Below, in pieces: positions 62,201-64,000 of a stretch of DNA of 64,000 bases. How positions within the stretch are numbered: the first letter of the stretch is position 1; each line of letters starts with the position of its first letter. This stretch comes from Eledone cirrhosa. Lineage: Eukaryota. A model generated the notes under the pieces. That model was given only the letters and a program-made list of their open reading frames with translations, was not told the origin of the DNA and made no database searches. Both the position numbers and the translations under genes were made by a program. The stretch is from positions 215,512,001 to 215,576,000 of the forward strand of contig OZ024742.1 in NCBI GenBank assembly GCA_964016885.1, read 5' to 3'.

Positions 62201-62886
62201 GTAAGATAGTTAGTGGAGTGGTGTTTGTAGTGGTGTGTTGTTGGTGATAGTTAGAAAGTTGGTGGAGCGGTGTTTGTAGTGGTGTATTTTTGGTGATAGT
62301 TAGATAGATGGTGGAATGGTGTTTGTAGTAGTGTGTTGTTGCTGAATAGTTAGATAGTTGGTGGAGTGGTGTTTGTAGTGGTGTCATGTTGCTGATAGTT
62401 AGATAGTTGTTGGAGTGGTGTTTGTAGAGGTGTGTTGTTGGTGATAGTGAGATAGATGGTGGAGTGGTGTTTGTAGTGGTGTGTTGTTGGTGATAGTTAG
62501 ATAGTTGGTAAAGTTGTGTTTGTAGTGGTGTGTTGTTGCTGATAGTTAGATAGTTGGTGGAGTGGTGTTTTTAGTGGTGTGTTGTTGGTGATAGTTAGAT
62601 AGATGTTGGAGTGGTGTTTGTAGTTGTGTGTTGTTGGTGATAGTTAGATAGTTGGTGGAGTGGTGTTTGTCGTGTTTTGCTGTTGGTGATAGTTAGATAG
62701 ATGTTGGAATGGTGTTTGTAGTTGTGTGTTGTTGTTGATAGTTAGATAGTTGGTGGAGTGGTGTTTGTAGTGGTGTGTTGTTGGTGATTGTTAGATAGTT
62801 GGTGCAGTGGTGTTTGTAGTGGTGTGTTGTTGGTGATAGTTAGATAGTTGGTGGAGTGGTGTTTGTAGTGGTGTGTTGTTGCTGAT
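53240..62886 (+). repeat. Near-perfect tandem duplication, period 4798 bp (97 monomers + 45 bp net indels)
   Basis: gtgttgtttt 53583/58381; gttttggaga 55861/60659; identical 102-aa ORFs 57281/62079. Offset is constant throughout; one difference noticed (C56529 vs G in the second copy). Confidence 0.92.
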
Positions 62887-64000
62887 AGTAAGATAGTTGG
62901 TGGAGTGGTGTTTGTAGTGGTGTGTTGTTGGCGATAGTGAGATAGATGGTGGAGTGGTGTTTGTAGTGGTGTGTTGTTGGTGATAGTTAGATAGTTGGTG
63001 GAGTGGTGTTTGTAGTGGTGTGTTGTTGCTGATAGTTAGATAGTTGGTGGAGTGGAGTTTTTAGTGGTGTGTTGTTGGTGATAGTTAGATAGTTGGTGGA
63101 GTGGTGTTTGTAGTGGTGTGTTGTTGCTGATAGTTAGATCATTGGCGGAGTGGTGTTTGTAGTGGTGTGTTGTTGGTGATAGTTAGATAGTTGGTGGAGT
63201 GGTGTTTGTAGTAGTGTGTTGTTGCTGATAGTTAGATAGTTGTTGGAGTGGTGTTTGTAGTGGTGTGTTGTTGCTGATATTTAGATAGTTGGTGCAGTGG
63301 TGTTTGTAGTGGTGTGTTGTTGGTGATAGTGAGATAGATGGTGGGGTGGTGTTTGTAGTGGTGTGTGGTTGGTGATAGTTAGATAGATGGTGGAGTGGTG
63401 TTTGTAGTGGTGTGTTGTTGGTGATAGTTAGATAGTTGGTGGAGTGGTGTTTGTAGTGGTGTGTTGTCGGTGATAGTTAGATAGATGGTGGAGTGGAGTT
63501 TGTAGTGGTGTGTTGTTGGTGATAGCGAGATATATGGTGGAGTGGTGTTTGTAGTGGTGTGTTGTTGCTGATAGTTAGATAGTTGGTGGAGTGGTGTTTA
63601 TAGTGGTGTGTTGTTGCCGATAGTTAGATAGTTGGTGGAGTGGTGTTTGGAGTGGTGTTTGTAGTGGTGTGTTGTTGGTGATAGTTAGATAGTTGGTAAA
63701 GTGTTGTTTGTAGTGGTGTGTTGTTGCTGATAGTTAGATAGTTGGTGGAGTGGTGTTTGTAGTGGTGTGTTGTTGGTTATAGTTAGATAGTTGGTGGAGT
63801 GGTGTTTGTAGTAGTGTGCTGTTGCTGATAGTTAGATAGTTGGTGGAGTGGTGTTTGTAGTGGTGTGTTGTTGCTGATAGTTAGATAGTTGGTGGAGTGG
63901 TGTTTGTAGTGTTGTGTTGTTGGTGATAGTTAGATAGTTGGTGGAGTGTTGTTTGTAGTGGTGTGTTGTTGGTGATAGTTAGATATATGGTGGAGTGGTG

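Larger units (their letters stand above)
1..64000 (+). repeat. Tandem satellite array, 49-bp monomer, ~1,300 copies, single orientation, truncated by both window edges
   Basis: GTTAGATAG starts at 1, 50, 99, 148 and so on; the same unit is readable on every line to 64000. Consensus GTTAGATAG(T/A)TGGTGGAGTGGTGTTTGTAGTGGTGTGTTGTTG(G/C)TGATA; most monomers carry only 0-3 changes. No unique interruption or inversion seen. Confidence 0.99.

Noticed and set aside
6730-62387. Twelve minus-strand Thr/His/Gln/Pro-rich ORFs (61-137 aa, mostly starting MTPLQTPLHQL)
   Set aside because: They are translations of the repeat. Starts come from sporadic CAT variants (gtgtcat, agcat). The 49-bp period cycles through the frames so the minus-strand TAA (from gTTAg) normally stops translation every third monomer, and longer ORFs arise only where indels or GTGAG/GTAAG variants skip it. 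No frame preservation or gene context.
1-64000. CRISPR array
   Set aside because: No unique spacers: the entire 49 bp is repeated. No palindromic repeat, leader or cas genes.
1-64000. Giant repetitive coding exon (mucin or adhesin-like)
   Set aside because: The unit length is not a multiple of 3, the + strand has several TAG/TGA per monomer, and frequent 1-, 2- and 5-bp indels are tolerated.
1-64000. Canonical telomerase-made telomere tract
   Set aside because: No TTAGGG, TTAGG or TTTAGGG tandem units. Inherited variant blocks copied over kilobases indicate DNA-level duplication rather than templated addition of a fixed short unit.
1-64000. Rolling-circle or concatemer sequencing artefact of a single small template
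   Set aside because: Rare variants recur in ordered, nested blocks at many offsets, which is a heritable history rather than random error. Individual duplications could still be assembly errors.

Overview
The whole 64-kb window is one uninterrupted, head-to-tail tandem array (satellite/minisatellite DNA). It has a 49-bp monomer with consensus GTTAGATAG(T/A)TGGTGGAGTGGTGTTTGTAGTGGTGTGTTGTTG(G/C)TGATA, in roughly 1,300 copies (64000/49), all in one orientation and running off both ends. The + strand is extremely G/T-rich and almost C-free (major consensus: 21 G, 21 T, 7 A, 0 C). I see no credible gene, RNA gene, transposon or CRISPR array, and all listed ORFs are by-products of the repeat. The informative structure is in the monomer variants. 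Rare substitutions and indels show a patchwork of nested tandem and dispersed block duplications with many different periods (98 bp, 490, 502, 734, 783, 1180, 1433, 1730, 2314, 4239, ~4400, 4798, ~6100, 7599, 12402 and 14092 bp) instead of one fixed higher-order repeat. They also show regional subfamilies that turn over along the array, and 37/49/61-bp length classes produced by an internal 12-bp subrepeat. The organism and chromosomal location (centromeric, subtelomeric or interstitial) cannot be determined from the sequence; a eukaryotic origin is an inference. Offsets were read by eye from diagnostic variants, and block boundaries are approximate (within 1-2 monomers).
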